From Podarcis liolepis (Eukaryota), in assembly GCA_965112155.1 (NCBI GenBank), contig OZ218110.1: a stretch of DNA of 64,000 bases. One strand, given 5' to 3'. The position numbers and the translations under genes were made by a program. Of this stretch, positions 35,735 through 64,000 are shown in pieces (positions within the stretch are counted from its first letter, which is position 1; each line of letters starts with the position of its first letter). The notes below the pieces were generated by a model. The model worked only from the letters and a program-made list of their open reading frames with translations, was not told where the DNA came from and did no database searches.

Positions 35735-37779
35735 CCTATTGTAGATGTGGAATGCTCTGGATCAAGAGCTGAAAAGCAAAGGGTGATGGCAGCAGTGATA
35801 TTTAAACAGCTGAATACTTCAAACACCAGCTCCCCAAGAAGAGACATTTTGAAAGGTCAACATGGAAGGTGGAATGCAAGGAATGCAACACAGCAGTTGC
35901 AGAGCTAAGAAGGGCAGTAAACATATGAGGCAAAGTATGTCTGATGTAAGGGGAGGCAGGTAGAGACATGCCAATTACCACGCCACTTTCAGGGGAGTTG
36001 TGGAAGAGCTAAAGGAGAATGACCCAGTCTTGGTCATCACTGGGCAGTAACCACTGGTAGGGCATAGCTGACAATTTCAGCAGACACATTTCAGCCATCA
36101 AGTTATCAAGGCCTCCGACACAAATCACAGGTCATGAAGCCTCCTCCCTTTAGATCATCAAACTAGTCAAAATCAAGAAGTTGGAGGACTGCAATGTGGC
36201 TGCATCAGATTTCCCCAAACAGGGAAGAAAAAGACCAAATAGCCTGAATCAGTGCTCTGGCACAACCACAATGACAGGTTTATTGCTGCCTTGGGGATAT
36301 GTATAACTACAGCAAGACTGCAGGGGGGAGTAGATTGCAGAACTGATCTAAGGAAGATTGCTCTTCAAATGTCAGGCGTGAATGGTGCAGCTTATATCCT
36401 TTATTTTCCATCCTCATACTGCAGCAATTCTTATTCTTTCTTCCTCCAAGCAACTTGGGACCAACATTTCAACTGCCTTATAACCCTGTGAGGTTAAGCT
36501 ATGCTAAACCCCACAGAGATTATGAACTCAGATCTCTCTGCAGTACGGCTGCCATCCAAAACATCCTGACTGCCACTGTGGAGCTTCATTTCAAACAAAT
36601 ATGCATAGGATTGTTCAATAGCCATCTACTACATCCCCATGAATCTCATATCTCTTTAGTCCTTCAAAATAGATCCTTACAACCGTGAGTTTGAAACAAT
36701 ACACTGCAATTACATCTCCTGGGTATCAATACAAATTAGGAAAATAAACAGAGCCTGCTGGGTTGGATCAATGATCTGGCCATCATCCTGTTCTCATAGT
36801 GGCCAGCCGTATGCCTATGAGAAGCCTGCAAGCAGGACCTGAGAACATCCTGTGGTTCATAGCAGCTGGTATTCAGGATCTCACTGCTTCTGATCATGGA
36901 AGCAGAGTATAGCCAAATAAGTTGAAGGGAACCTTTTTTCAGCCACATTCCCTTCTAGACAAGCTTCTGGGGGCTACATGCCCCATGCAGGGCTGGGCAG
37001 AGCCAAACGCAAAAGTGGGAGGGGCAACAAGTGTCAATATAACCTTTGACCATTAGGCTACTTTCTACACACACTCACACACCCCTATACCCTCCATTCA
37101 GGGAAGCAAAGAGTTCTAGGACACATTCCAGCCAGGCAAAACCATTCAAGGAGTGTGCAAAGCAAGGTCCATAAGGGGTGTGGCTGGGGAGAGTCCTGAG
37201 GGCCAGACAGAGAGGTTGGGAGGGCTAGAAGACCACATTCAGCCCCTGAGCATGAGGTCTCCCACCCCTGAATCAGAATAAACATGCACTGACAACAGGC
37301 TTGGCAGGATAGATTTTATGATCCAGACTGTGCATAGGAGCATCACAACCCCTATTAAACAATTATGGTACATCCCTACTAAACAATCCCTATTACATTA
37401 TCTGGAGTGTATAACCCCTTCTACAAGATCAAACCCATAATACCCCTCATTCTTTCCCCATCCCAGGACTTCCCCTTCTAAAAACATCTGCAATACTGGA
37501 CCACCTTGAAGGACTGGTGTAAGGATTACTAAAACAGCCCTTCGTTCATTATATAAATAACCAACGTTTAAACTATTATGCTATAATCTATGCAGCAGCT
37601 GAGACAAGATACCCATGCTGTTTATCCTGGAAGTCCCCTTCCCAAGTCTCAATTCAGAGCCACGCAGAGGTGGGAAATGCACTCTGTTTATACTCAGAGG
37701 CATTCCGTCCGTAGATTTCAGAACCGTGGCCTAGCACTGTCAACAGGTTCCGGGGCTCATGAGAGCCCCAGGGTGAAAT

Positions 37780-38420
37780 GAAGCCTTGCCTATCGGTCCA
37801 GCCCTTCCGAGTCGCCTCCCCTTCCTCTCTCCAGAGGGATTCCACACGCCGCGCCGCCCCGCCCGCGCACGCGGAGGGACTCCCCGAGATCCTCACCCGG
37901 CAGCGCCGTTGCTGGATGCGAGTGAATGACCCCCACCTGCAGCCGGCGACTCCCAAGCTCCGCCTCCTCTTCTCTCTGATTGGTCCGTTGCGTTCCAGAG
38001 GCGCGGCCGGGCAGTAGCACCAATCGGCGAAAGGAGAAAACAGGGTGTGTCGAGACGGAGGAAGGCCGGCATCCAGTGAGTGGACGGATGGAGAGGGAGC
38101 CCTGTCAGCGGCAGTAACCAATCAGCGCTAAGGTGAAGAAATGTGGGGCGGGGATTAAAAGAGGAAGCGGCTGTTTCCGAACGGCAGCAGGGGAGGGGAG
38201 AATGCTAGGCCAATGAGCAAAGCCACGGAAGGGCGGGCAAAAGAAGCGCGTTATTGACAGGCGAGTTGACCCATCGGCTGCTCATTTTGAGCAACAGCGC
38301 TGAGGGGAGGAGCTCAGAATCCGAAGGCTGGGGAAGACAGCGGCCAATCGCGATCGGAAGTGGGCGGGAGCAGAACATTGGGGTTATTCAGGGTTTCATA
38401 ATCGCGATACTAAAGGTCAG
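37780..38420. promoter_or_regulatory. CpG-island promoter and non-coding first exon of PHKG2
   Basis: CpG-rich. Donor CCGG|GTGAGG at 37896 (-); CCAAT/ATTGG at 37979, 38020, 38118, 38210, 38344 and 38377; GGGCGG boxes. Confidence 0.8.
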
Positions 38421-40492
38421 GATGAGGTCATTTCTACTACTTTCCCTCCTTCGGTTATTTGTTATGCAATGACACAATAAACACCCCCCAAAATGGAAAA
38501 TACACTAGGGTCTCTCTACGGAGCAGGAGGGAATTTGTGCATTTTATTACTATCTCCATAAACTGCTGCCTCTTGTCTCCTGGGTGGTCCTTTCGTGTCT
38601 TTCAGTTTGGGACAAATCAGGAGTTTGGCTGTGAACAAAACAAGATGATGATAATGATGATGATTCCATCTTTCCTCCAAGGAGCTCGAGGCAGTACATA
38701 TTTCCTGCCTGCCTCCTCTTCCGCTCTTCACAACAGTCTTGTGAAGTGAGTTCTGGCTGACAGATAATGAGCCGCCCAAGTCACTCATCTGCTCATCATG
38801 GATGATTAAGCATTTGAACCTGTGTCTCCCTGACCCATCATTTTAACTTCAACTTCACAGTTGGTCTTCGGGTTTCCTGCACCAAATAAATTGCTCCATC
38901 CCATGACATCCATAGGGGAAGAAAATCCCTCCAGTAGGACACCCAGTCGCCCAGAGGCAGCTACACAAAGTGTAAAAGGATTCCTTGGGCCAAAAGGCTT
39001 TCCCTCTCCTTCTGCATATGTGAAATCAAGCTACATGGCTTCTCCTCCACCCCAAATTTTGCCCTGACAAAGATGTGATCTCTTAACATGCAGTAAGAAT
39101 CGCTCACTCTCTTCTTAAGGTGGGAGGGAGGTGGTTATTGGCTGGTTGTTTTTATCATGTATTTTTAGGTTGTGAACCAACCTGAGATCTGTGGATGAAG
39201 GGCGGTATACAAATTTAATGTAAATAAATAAATAAATAAATAAATAACAAATGCCAGGTACAGTTATATCCGTTGTCTGACCAGCATCTGCCAGTAGTGG
39301 TTATACAAGTGTTGTTATTAATGCTTTTTCATTAAGCATTAATGGAAGTGTAACTTCAGAACAACATCAAGCATTACAAGGCAACATAGGCTTGTGTGCA
39401 ACACCATACAGTCAAACAACATGACTGCCCCTCCAGAATCCTGAGAACTGTACTTTGTGAAGGGTGCTGGGCACTATGAGGGGTAAATTACAATTTCCAG
39501 GATTCTTGGGAGGGAAACTAACTGGTTAAAATGTATGGCATGTATGAGGCTGAAGTTGGCAATACAACTCACACAGCTGTTGTATATGTAGCATGTAGAA
39601 AGCTGCCACACCTCATACCTATACTTCTAATTCCAGATGCTAACCAGCAGCCTCTCCCTTGGAGCCTGCATGTAACAAGAAATCAGCGATTAAAATAGTT
39701 GTGAATGTTAACACCTTTCATCTCAGCTAAGGAAGCTAAGCCTGACTGACCCCCCCCCCCACACCATTCTAGCCTCCAATTACATATGGCTGAAGGCCCT
39801 TCTCTGCATATTGTATGTTGCATTAATTTACCTTTTTAATTGTCTGCTCTGCTCCGTAACAAGAAAACAACAGAGTATTGGAGTGGCACCTTAAAGTCTT
39901 GGATTTCTCATAAATCTGCTGGTTTTTACAGCGTCACAAGGTGCTGCCGTTGTTTCCTCGGTTTGAAGCAGGGTGGGTTCATAAACTGAGAAAGGCAATT
40001 TCGCTTCCTTTTAAGTTATGTTTAAAGGAATGCTTACTCTCACAATGAGCTTGCCTGCACTTGGAGAATAGCTGCACCTTAAACATGCTCAGCATCATCA
40101 TGAGTGGGTCATTACCGGTGAGCGGATGTGAGTAAAGGAAATAGGCACTGACATGATGGGGCAGACCCACACATTTAGAGCACATGTGGATCTGTCCCAC
40201 AATGTCAATGCATTTTTAAATCAGATGACTTCCCGCAAAGAACCATGGAAGCCATAGCTTGTTAAGGATGCTGGGAATTTGTAACCACCTCCAACCACCG
40301 AGGCCAGGCAGAGGCAGCAGCTGGAAGAAAATAAGTGGTGGTGCAGTGGCAGGATCTCCTGCCCTCTGGGGAGCTTGCTAGAAGTGGGTCGCTTCAGGTC
40401 ACCTCATTGTTGCGCCGGCCATGGGACTACAACTCCTATCATCCCTGACCGATGGCCATCCCAACTGGGGCTGATGATAGTTGGAGTTCAGA

Positions 40493-40780
40493 AAGGTTGT
40501 TTTCTGCTGCTCCAGAGAAGCAGACACGGAGCAATGGATCCAAACTACAAGAAAGAAGATTCCACCTAAACATTAGGAAGAACTTCCTGACAGTAAGAGC
40601 TGTTCGACAGTGGAATTTGCTGCCAAGGAGTGTGGTGGAGTCTCCTACTTTGGAGGTCTTTAAGCAGAGGCTTGACAACCATATGTCAGGAGTGCTCTGA
40701 TTGTGTTTCCTGCTTGGCAGGGGGTTGGACTCGATGGCCCTTGTGGTCTCTTCCAACTCTATGATTCTATGATTCTATGA
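40493..40780 (+). mobile_element. CR1 LINE 3' fragment
   Basis: Encodes the CR1 ORF2 C-terminus (TRSNGSKLQERRFHLNIRKNFLTVRAVRQWNLLPRSVVESPTLEVFKQRLD) and ends in (ATTCTATG)n. Confidence 0.92.
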
Positions 40781-41523
40781 ACCACATCTGGCAGGGGGCA
40801 CAACTATTCTGCCACTAGACCCCAAATCCAATGTTTTATCTGTTTCTTCCAGCCCTACTCCTGTAATGGCCACCCAAGAGACAAGTGGAACGAAAACAAC
40901 AACAACAACCCACCCCCATGAAATGGCTGTAGTGCAACAGTTTATTTGTATTTTTGCATGTATAATTGATGGGCAGAATAAAAATGCTTATTGAAAATAA
41001 ATTAAATAAATAAAAGATTGAAGCAAGAAACACAGCACAGTGCAGAAACCATGTTCCTGTGTTTCCAATATCCTTCTGTTCCAAGGGAGTGGATCCTAGC
41101 ATCTACATGCAGGAGCAAAACCTGAAGAGGGACAGAACACATATTTTGCCTCTAGAAGAACTCAGGTACATCCCAGCTACACTAGAGCTTAAAGAGGAGG
41201 CGCCTCCCAGCTCAGAGCAAAGGGCCCTCTAGTCCAGCATCCTGTATTCCACTGTAGCCAACCAGATATATGTTTTATCCTGGTGAGTCCATAGAAGCAC
41301 GCCAGGGAGATCCGATGTCTGCAGCAGAAGCCGTTCCATTTTTCCAGCCTCTCTTCTAGGACCTCCGCAAAGCAGGCTATGACAAGAGTACACCAGACCA
41401 GGGTGCACATAACAAAGACCCACATAATACCCATTTCTGCTAAATCCAGCTGGGCAAGTATGTGGGAACCAGAGGAGAAGATGATCCTGGAAGTCCCAAG
41501 TCACATGTTCTTCAGGGTCATCA

Positions 41524-43205
41524 TCATTCGGCTTGAGTTAAGAGGTAGGAAATGAGGTACACTGACACGGGTGCCAGAATGATGAGGGACACCCAGACAC
41601 TGATACTTAGGACAGACAATCTCCGGGACCTCCGAGCCCAGTCAGCCGCTGATACCTGGGAACCAGCCTTTTGCTTCTCACTAGCCTGGATGGGACAAAA
41701 CCAAGAGAGAGAACCTCATTATTGCTGTCACTTATTTTAAAGAAATATCCTTACATTTTAGGTCTCCTCCTCTGGACTTACCTTTCTCAGTGTATCTTGA
41801 TGATATGTGTCAGGTCTAAATTTCTTTGCAACCTCTGATCTTAGTAGCCTTCACCCATATAATTCTAAGCTTGTTGTATAATCTTAGAAGGGGCGCAGGG
41901 ACGTGAAGGGGCATGGCTGCGACTCTCATTAAGGGACCCGGCACTTCTGGATTTGACTCCAAAGGGCCAACTTCCCAGGAACATCTGGCCTATGCCACAG
42001 AATGCCTGCCTTCCTGGGAAACTAGGGCTCCTTTCACAGTCCAGGCAGGGTGGCTCGGCTGTCAGAGGAATGGCATGACCCAGAACAACCCCCAACATCC
42101 CTTTCTGGCCACACATTGCAGGGGAAGATCAGTAGTGGTGGCAAGCCCTCTCAGGGCATCTCGTCCACCATCTCCGGCCTTGTTGAGGAACCCCAAGGGT
42201 TCTCTGGAGCAGACTCTCATTGCCAGATGGAACTCAACGATTGCCATGCCTTGATTTCAGAGTGTACATCTCCACATAGCATTCGCTGCAGTTTCACCAT
42301 GTGGCAAGAATGTGTGGGAGCTTCAAAGGCAGTAAATATTGGCCTGGGTGGGGCAGTGAGGTGGCTCCTGCCCACAACTGCAATACTGTGCTCAAGAAAC
42401 ATCTCTCTCACACACCCCATTCATTATGTGGATCTATCACTTTGTTTTATTGACATGACAACCCTGGATATACTACATCACTGGTTCTCAGTCACTTTTT
42501 ACATTGCCTAACATAATATAACTTTGGCATGTCTTGAATTTTTGAGCTGCTCATTTGTCTTGTAACTGCCAATCTGTGGGTCCAGCTGCCCATTTTGTTT
42601 TTGTTTAAAAAGCACACTTGCAAGGACACAGGAGGCACAGCTACAGTTATTTATCTGGAAAGGAAGGCAAGAGAATGGCAGAAACTGTTAAGATCCCAAG
42701 GGATTTTCGTCTGATCAGTAAATACGTTTGTAAAGGCACCAGGTTTTCTCTAACCAAAGTGTACTCACAGTGGACCTAGTGAACTTAATGGAACCAAGTT
42801 TGCCATGTTCACTAATTTAAATGGCTCTGCTCTGAGAATGATAAATATCGAAACCGCTTCCCCTCCCTAAGCCTCCAGGAATTTTTTTTCCTAAAAAGGA
42901 AACTGGTCCAAATACTGCACTGTACTTTCATTCATTTGGGGAAGGGCATCCCTTGTCCCACCCACCTGCATCCCTTGTCAAAGCAGCAGGTAACTCACCT
43001 TGATTGCATAGATCAGTGCTAGGACTCCGATGCAAGAGCAGCCACAGATGATGCTAAATATGGCCAGACTGCGCACTCTGTGCTTATGAAAAGAAGGGGG
43101 CTTGGCAGGCATGTCCTTCTCTTGGGTGTCTGCTGGGATCATCACGATGGTCTCTGCAGCATCTTGCTGAAGGGTCCCATTTTTGAGCTCCTGCTCTCCT
43201 TCCAT
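41524..43205 (-). CDS. TMEM265: Transmembrane protein 265 (CD225/dispanin family), ~122 aa, 2 coding exons
   Basis: Exon 42999-43205 (MEGEQELKNG...RVRSLAIFSIICGCSCIGVLALIYAIK) spliced to 41524-41685 (ASEKQKAGSQVSAADWARRSRRLSVLSISVWVSLIILAPVSVYLISYLLTQAE*). SIICGCSC motif and terminal QAE match the recalled protein; lies between SRCAP and PHKG2. AATAAA on - strand at 40941-40946. Confidence 0.92.
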
Positions 43206-44807
43206 AGCAACTGGCACACACAAAGTTGCCTGCTCTTTTCTCTCTGCTGTTTCAATTATCGCCACAATCAGTGATGATCTGAGTCCACATTTGTGCTTCT
43301 AAATTCCAAGCCAGGAGCTTGAAATAGCTAATGGAGAGTTTGAAACCCCACCTCTTCTGTGAATTCTCTGTACAGCACTGAGAAAGTGACTTTCGCTCTT
43401 GGCCTCAAGTTTCCTCTGTGTAAAATACCTGGGCGTATTATTGCCCTACCTCACCGCTGCAAAAGGAAACGTGGAATTTAAAGAAACATCTTTCACAAGC
43501 TGAAAGTGTTATAGAAATGATAAGGTAGCAACGCCCAAGAATTAATTCACCTGAAGCCAAAAGGGTGTGATCCTCTTTATATAAGTCTCAGTTCCTCAGT
43601 TTTCAGTACAGCTCCTCTGAAGGAAGAAATGTTGAGAATAATCCAACATCCGCAGGCTAGGAGCTCACCTCTCAGAAACACTTTTATACACACCTGGCAG
43701 CTCCCAGTTTGTTTGGTTATACCTTTTTTGGGCTGGGTCCCAGACTCTTTTATTGGGTGAGGTCACTGTTGTTGGACCTGACTCAGGTATGCAGGTTGCA
43801 CATTCCTCCTGAGATCATACGCTCCTTCCCCCTCCTTGTCTATAGGCTAGTGCTTCAGCTTAACTGGGTTGCGGTTCAGGGAAACTTAAGAGCAGGAATT
43901 TCAATTAATGCAGGCAATCTAGGGGCGGTCTCCTCAGCTGCTGAAGGGAGATCAGGCTGAAATGGCAAGGTAGGCAAAATTACCTGCTGGGAGCTGCCCA
44001 GAGTGGCTGGGGAAACCCAGCCAGATGGGCAGGGTATAAATAAATTTATGATGATGATGATGATCCACAGTCTCTGGAAAAGGGAGGGATGTAGTGGCAC
44101 GAGTTAGCACTGTGGGTTCCTTCGCCCCTAACTTTTACACCTATCACAACTAGATTTTTATGACTTTTAAGTGCTTCCAAAAAAGAAGAGAGGGGGCGAT
44201 ACAATATTGCAACCACATATTGGTTGTCTAGCCCCACCGACTTCAATTTTAGAGCTATATAGTGTGGGACACACTTACTGTAGCCTTTACAGGTGTTTTT
44301 TTGGTGTGTGTCCCCCAACATTTATCCTAACAGAGATAGCAAAGCTGAATGCAGTGCCTCAGTAGCAAAATGGACTCTTTTTCAACTCTTCTTTGCCAGT
44401 CCTTCAGATGCCTCAGGTCTGAGGCCTAGCACATCATGCTCTGAGGCTCAAGTGAGCTCAGCCTCCAGTTCTGCTCTCATGTAGATATGGCTAAGAACCA
44501 AACTGCAGAACTCTAGAATGGTTGCCCCTGCTGGTTTATACATGTAGGTTTTGAAATAACACAGGATTCTCATTTCACCGTAACTGAGAACTTTGCATTA
44601 ACTTCCAAGTACAGGTTTAACTCTTGGATTCTGCAAGATTTCACATTTTGATCCCCTGAAGGCACTTTTTAGAAGACAAAAGGGGCGTAAGAAAAGAAAG
44701 GCTGACCCATCCAGCCCTCTCACTACCCCCTGCCAAAAGAACAAATGTTTCCTTTAAAAGTTGTTGTCTTGTAATTACAATTAAGCAACTGTAGCACAGA
44801 GGAACTA

Positions 44808-45045
44808 CAGTGGAACTTTTGTTTTCAAACTTAACCCATTCCAGAAGACTGTTCAGCTTCCGAAAAGTTCGAAAACCGAGGATCAATGGGCTGGCTGCAG
44901 TCAAGGGGAAAAAATGAAAAATGTGGATCAGAAGCTGTTTGGCTTCCAAAAATAGTTTGAAAACCAGAGCAGTTACTTTCGGGTTTCGGCGTTCAGGACC
45001 CGAAACGTTCCAAAACGGAGGCATTTGGGAACCGAGATTTGACTG
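44808..45045. mobile_element. Decayed Tc1/mariner (Tigger-like) MITE
   Basis: TA|CAGT... and ...ACTG|TA termini with internal gttcgaaaaccga-type sub-repeats. Confidence 0.55.
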
Positions 45046-45911
45046 TATGTTTAAATTAAGGACTTGTTTTCTAGCATTACCTGTACCCATTTGGCCACTG
45101 CCAGGGTGGTTCTCATTTCTACAGCCACTCATATATTAGCCCCAAAGTGGGCTGTGTGTTTCAGAGGAATGCAGCTGCTTGCTTTTTCACAAAACAGTTG
45201 TATGGAAAAGGGATATGCCAAAAATGAATCAAAAGGTCTAAAAAGTGTTAACGGGAAGTCATATATCAACTGACTCATTGTTTACTCTTGGTTACTGTTG
45301 GCTTCGGAAGGTGTCATTCCTGATGCTGGCTACAAAAATGTGACCAAACTGGTCCCCTGTTGTTTGTGGCATTGCCTGGCAGTGGGAACTTTTGTGCAAT
45401 TGCCCCGTGCCTCAGCTGAGGCGTGCCCTTGTTTAGACTTGCCTGGGCCCATTTCTGGCTCCTTGATAATCTATTCTTGCTCATGGTACTTTCCAGATGA
45501 TTAGATAAAAAAACCTAGATATTGCAATAGCAAGGAACTAGATCTTCTCCACCAACATGTGGAGGTAGTACAGGCCTCCCTATTAATCCCCGCTCCCTGA
45601 AAGGTATAAAACCAAGAGGGAGCGACTTCTCTCCCCCAGCAATCAAGAGACATTAAGAGTCAGAGGACACACTCCAGCCAGTCAGAGACTTAGGGGGTGC
45701 AAAGCAGAGTCAATGAGGGGTAAAGTCCAAGGATTGTCCCACAGGTTTGGCAAGTGGCTTGGAGGACTGCATTTGGTCCCTATGCCTAGGTTTCCTCACC
45801 CCTATCAACACTGTTAGAGCCCAAAAAACATTCCGTTTGGTACGAATGCTCTTGCACCAAAGAGGATGCCTCACCCAGAGTACAAAATAAATAAGGATGG
45901 ATGCCCTGTGA

Positions 45912-46437
45912 GGGGCGCGGGTGGTGCTGTGGTCTAAACCACCAAGCCTCTTGGGCTTGTCGAGCAGAAGGTTGGCAGTTTGAATCTGCCCAACAGGGTG
46001 AGCTCCCGTTGCTCTGTCCCAGCTTCTGCCAACTTAGCATTTTGAAAGCACAACAGTGCAAGTAAGAACCCCTGCAGCAGGAAGGTAAACAGTGTTTTCG
46101 TGCACTCTGGTTTACGTCACGGTGTTCCATTGTGCCAGAGGTTTAGTCATGCAGGCCACATGACCCGGAAAGCTGCATGTGGACAAATGCCAGCTCCGTA
46201 GCTGTCAACCTTCCCCTCTTTTGTGGGAAATTCCCTTATTCCAGCAGTTTCCTGCCGTTATTCCGGATTGTTAGATATCCCGTAGACTGTCCCCGGGACA
46301 GGTGAGGCTGCTGATCTCTTATTTTCAAATCTGAAAGTTGACAGCTATGGCCAGCTCCCTTGGCTTGAAGCGAGATGAGCACACACCCCAGTTGTCCTTG
46401 ACTGGATCTAACTGTCCAGGGGTCCTTTAACTTTACC
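45912..46437 (+). mobile_element. Sauria SINE interrupted by a MITE
   Basis: Colinear with 1791-2142 (head ggggcgcgggtggtgctgtggtctaaacc, tail ggggtcctttaactttacc) except for the insertion at 46197-46349. Confidence 0.85.
46197..46349. mobile_element. hAT-type MITE (153 bp) nested in a Sauria SINE
   Basis: TIRs CGTAGCTGTCAAC / GTTGACAGCTATG; 8-bp TSD GCCAGCTC at 46189-46196 and 46350-46357. Confidence 0.9.
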
Positions 46438-46990
46438 ATACCTGCCCCTGTGAGTCACTGAACTTCTGCATATATGGCTTTTAGAAAATGGTGTGCCCCA
46501 CTTTGTCATCACTTGACAGTGGAGGAAGACTGGAGAGCTCTCACAGAGGAGCTGAAAGAGGCCATCTAGAAGACCGTGCTGCTTTTAGCAGCCAACCTGC
46601 TCAGTGTGATTTTTCCCACCCTGGAATTTTTTTTAGTCCTGAGCCTCAGTGTATAAAAGCAGGGATGTAGCCCTCCTAATGCTGTTACTATTAATTATAT
46701 TTGTTGCATGTGTTGCTTGCCTCTGGCTCCTGTCAGCCTCTGCAAGCATGGCCAAGAGTCACACCTGACAGAGGCCATAATCTCTGAAAGACCACAGTCC
46801 CCCATCCCTGAGGTAAAAGATAATCCCGTCCTCTCAAAAGCCAGTCATGGCACACAAGCTGGTTTTAGACTAAATGGGAAGTTATCTTTTTGAATGTAAG
46901 TGTGGGCAGAGGGAGGGGCTGTGAGAGCCTGAGGCTTGCTCATGCAACGGTCTAATATTGTGCATGAACCAAACATTGGATCTTCTAAGG

Positions 46991-47184
46991 CAGAGCTTTC
47001 CAAACTTTTCATGTTGCTGACACACTTTTTAGACATGCATTATTTCGCTACACAGTAATTCAGTTTTATTAGCAAACCTGAGGTTAAACTAACCCCTTTC
47101 CAGCCCCAGAAGAATTCAGACGACACATCCGCACACTGCAGCCAACACACTAATGTGTTGCGACACAGAGTTTCGAAAGCTCTG
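46991..47184. mobile_element. hAT-type MITE
   Basis: TIRs CAGAGCTTTCCAAACT / AGTTTCGAAAGCTCTG; near-TSD TTCTAAGG / TTCTAGAG. Confidence 0.75.
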
Positions 47185-47430
47185 TTCTAGAGGGCACTGG
47201 TGGGGCACCAGAAGTTCCTGGACTCCAGCTCCTATCAGCCCTAGTCAGGATGCTCAAGAGTGAGGGATGATGGAAACTGTAGACAGACATTGGGAGGTCC
47301 ACAGGTACCCCATCCCTGTTCCAAGAAGACTGAAACAATCAGAAAAGCAAGCATGAAGTGTCTTCTTTTTTTAAAAAAAAAGACTCTACAGACCCATTTG
47401 GTGTGCTGTTGGTTTTTCTTTTTTTAACAC

Positions 47431-47436
47431 TTTATT
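47431..47436 (-). terminator. Likely SRCAP polyadenylation signal (AATAAA)
   Basis: tttatt on + strand ~1.2 kb after the SRCAP stop, at the end of an AT-rich UTR tail. Confidence 0.65.
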
Positions 47437-48639
47437 CATAGCATTATTCTGAAGAAAGATTACATCGGTCTTCTGTACAAGTTCTGAACATGCTTCAGTA
47501 GGAAAGACAGCTCCATGGGAACACCTCCCCCTCCACCCCAACTGCACCCCCTTCCCCCAAACCAGAGAACTACTGCCACCCCTCAATCCCACTGCGGTGG
47601 GGGAGGGGAGGGAACGTTGTGCTCCCCTATACAAAATAACCTTTGCATAGATTATGTTCAAAAGAACCTATTTTACAATGAGAGCTGTACACAGAGAGGA
47701 AGGGAAGGGAAGAGGGATTTGATCCAACTCAGAAGCCCACAGAGTCCTCGGAGCAGTGAGGCTGCAATATACATCATTAAAAATAAGACCATCTCTCCTG
47801 GTGGTAATGCAAAACGTGAGGGCACAACCTTCCCCTTTTCACGGAGTCAACTCTGCTACCTCCTTGTGCCTCAAGAGGGCCCTAAGCTGTGAACGGAATA
47901 AACAGGGCGACAATCAAAAGGGAAAGCCAGAGAAGGGGACCCAGCATTTGGTCACTGTCATTTAAAAACCAACCCAGAGGCATTAAAAAAGTAAGAGCTA
48001 ACTGTGTTATAAATCAGGAGGGCATCCCCTGCGGGTTTCTCGAGGGGAAGGGGCAGAGGGAAAGGATGAAGAGCCTCAAAATGTGATTTTCATTTTAAAA
48101 AGGATGCAAGTGCCTAACGAAAGGCTGAACGGAGGCTTCCCAAAGTGGTACTGAACTCTGCGGGGGCCATTCAGTGGCAGCGGGAGCCCTGAAGCATCAC
48201 TCAGGGGGCCGCGTCTCTATGGGGCTGCTCCCCCACCCACTCCATGATCAGCAAGTAGCAGAATTAATTGGGAACAGTGCTGGCTCTGTCACTTCCCCCG
48301 CGAGGGGGCAGCTGAGCTACACATCCAGAGCTAGCCAACTTCTGCAGGAGTGTCCCTCGCCCTGCTCTGAGACAAAGCATCCGGGAGGGAGCAGCCACGC
48401 CTGCTGCCCTCCTCCCCCTCCTCCTCCTTCAAGTAGTACTCTTAACAGTCAAGTCTGGAATGCAGGGAGCTGTGTGGGGACAGGTGAGCCCCATCGGCTG
48501 CCCTCCATGATAACGGGAGGATCGAGAGCAAGGGGTGGGGCGGGGCAGGGGGCTAAAACTGCTTACAGTATGTGCGAGGAAGAGCTGGCCATTGCCCACC
48601 CCCCACAGAGAAGTGACGGCAGAACTTCTCGCGCTGTGG

Positions 48640-64000
<15,361 letters not shown>

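Noticed and set aside
41189-41434. 81-aa ORF with hydrophobic N-terminus in the TMEM265 3' UTR
   Set aside because: No recognisable family, no splice or promoter support, and the length is within chance expectation.

Overview
Vertebrate genomic DNA, most likely from a squamate (probably lacertid) lizard, judged from Sauria-SINE, Squam3-like SINE, BovB, CR1 and L2 fragments. It is a gene-dense block matching the human 16p11.2 cluster. Left to right: the 5' part of RUSF1/C16orf58 (-), complete RNF40 (-, 19 coding exons, ~1036 aa), complete CFAP119/CCDC189 (+, head-to-head with RNF40), complete PHKG2 (-, ~403 aa), TMEM265 (-, 2 coding exons, ~122 aa) and the 3' part of SRCAP (-). Exons were assembled by hand from splice sites and reading-frame continuity. 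Gene names rest on my recall of the human proteins, not on a database search. I see no new gene family or multi-gene system. The most interesting unexplained structure is three well-formed intronic cassettes that would truncate chromatin regulators. Two lie in the SRCAP ATPase-insert region, each with acceptor, in-frame ORF, stop, AATAAA and a TG|GTAGGAA donor. One is a 115-nt stop-containing cassette in RNF40. These are predictions from sequence only. Also present: coding tandem repeats in SRCAP, three GC-AG introns, several MITEs with intact TIRs/TSDs (one nested in a SINE) and a 135-nt assembly gap.
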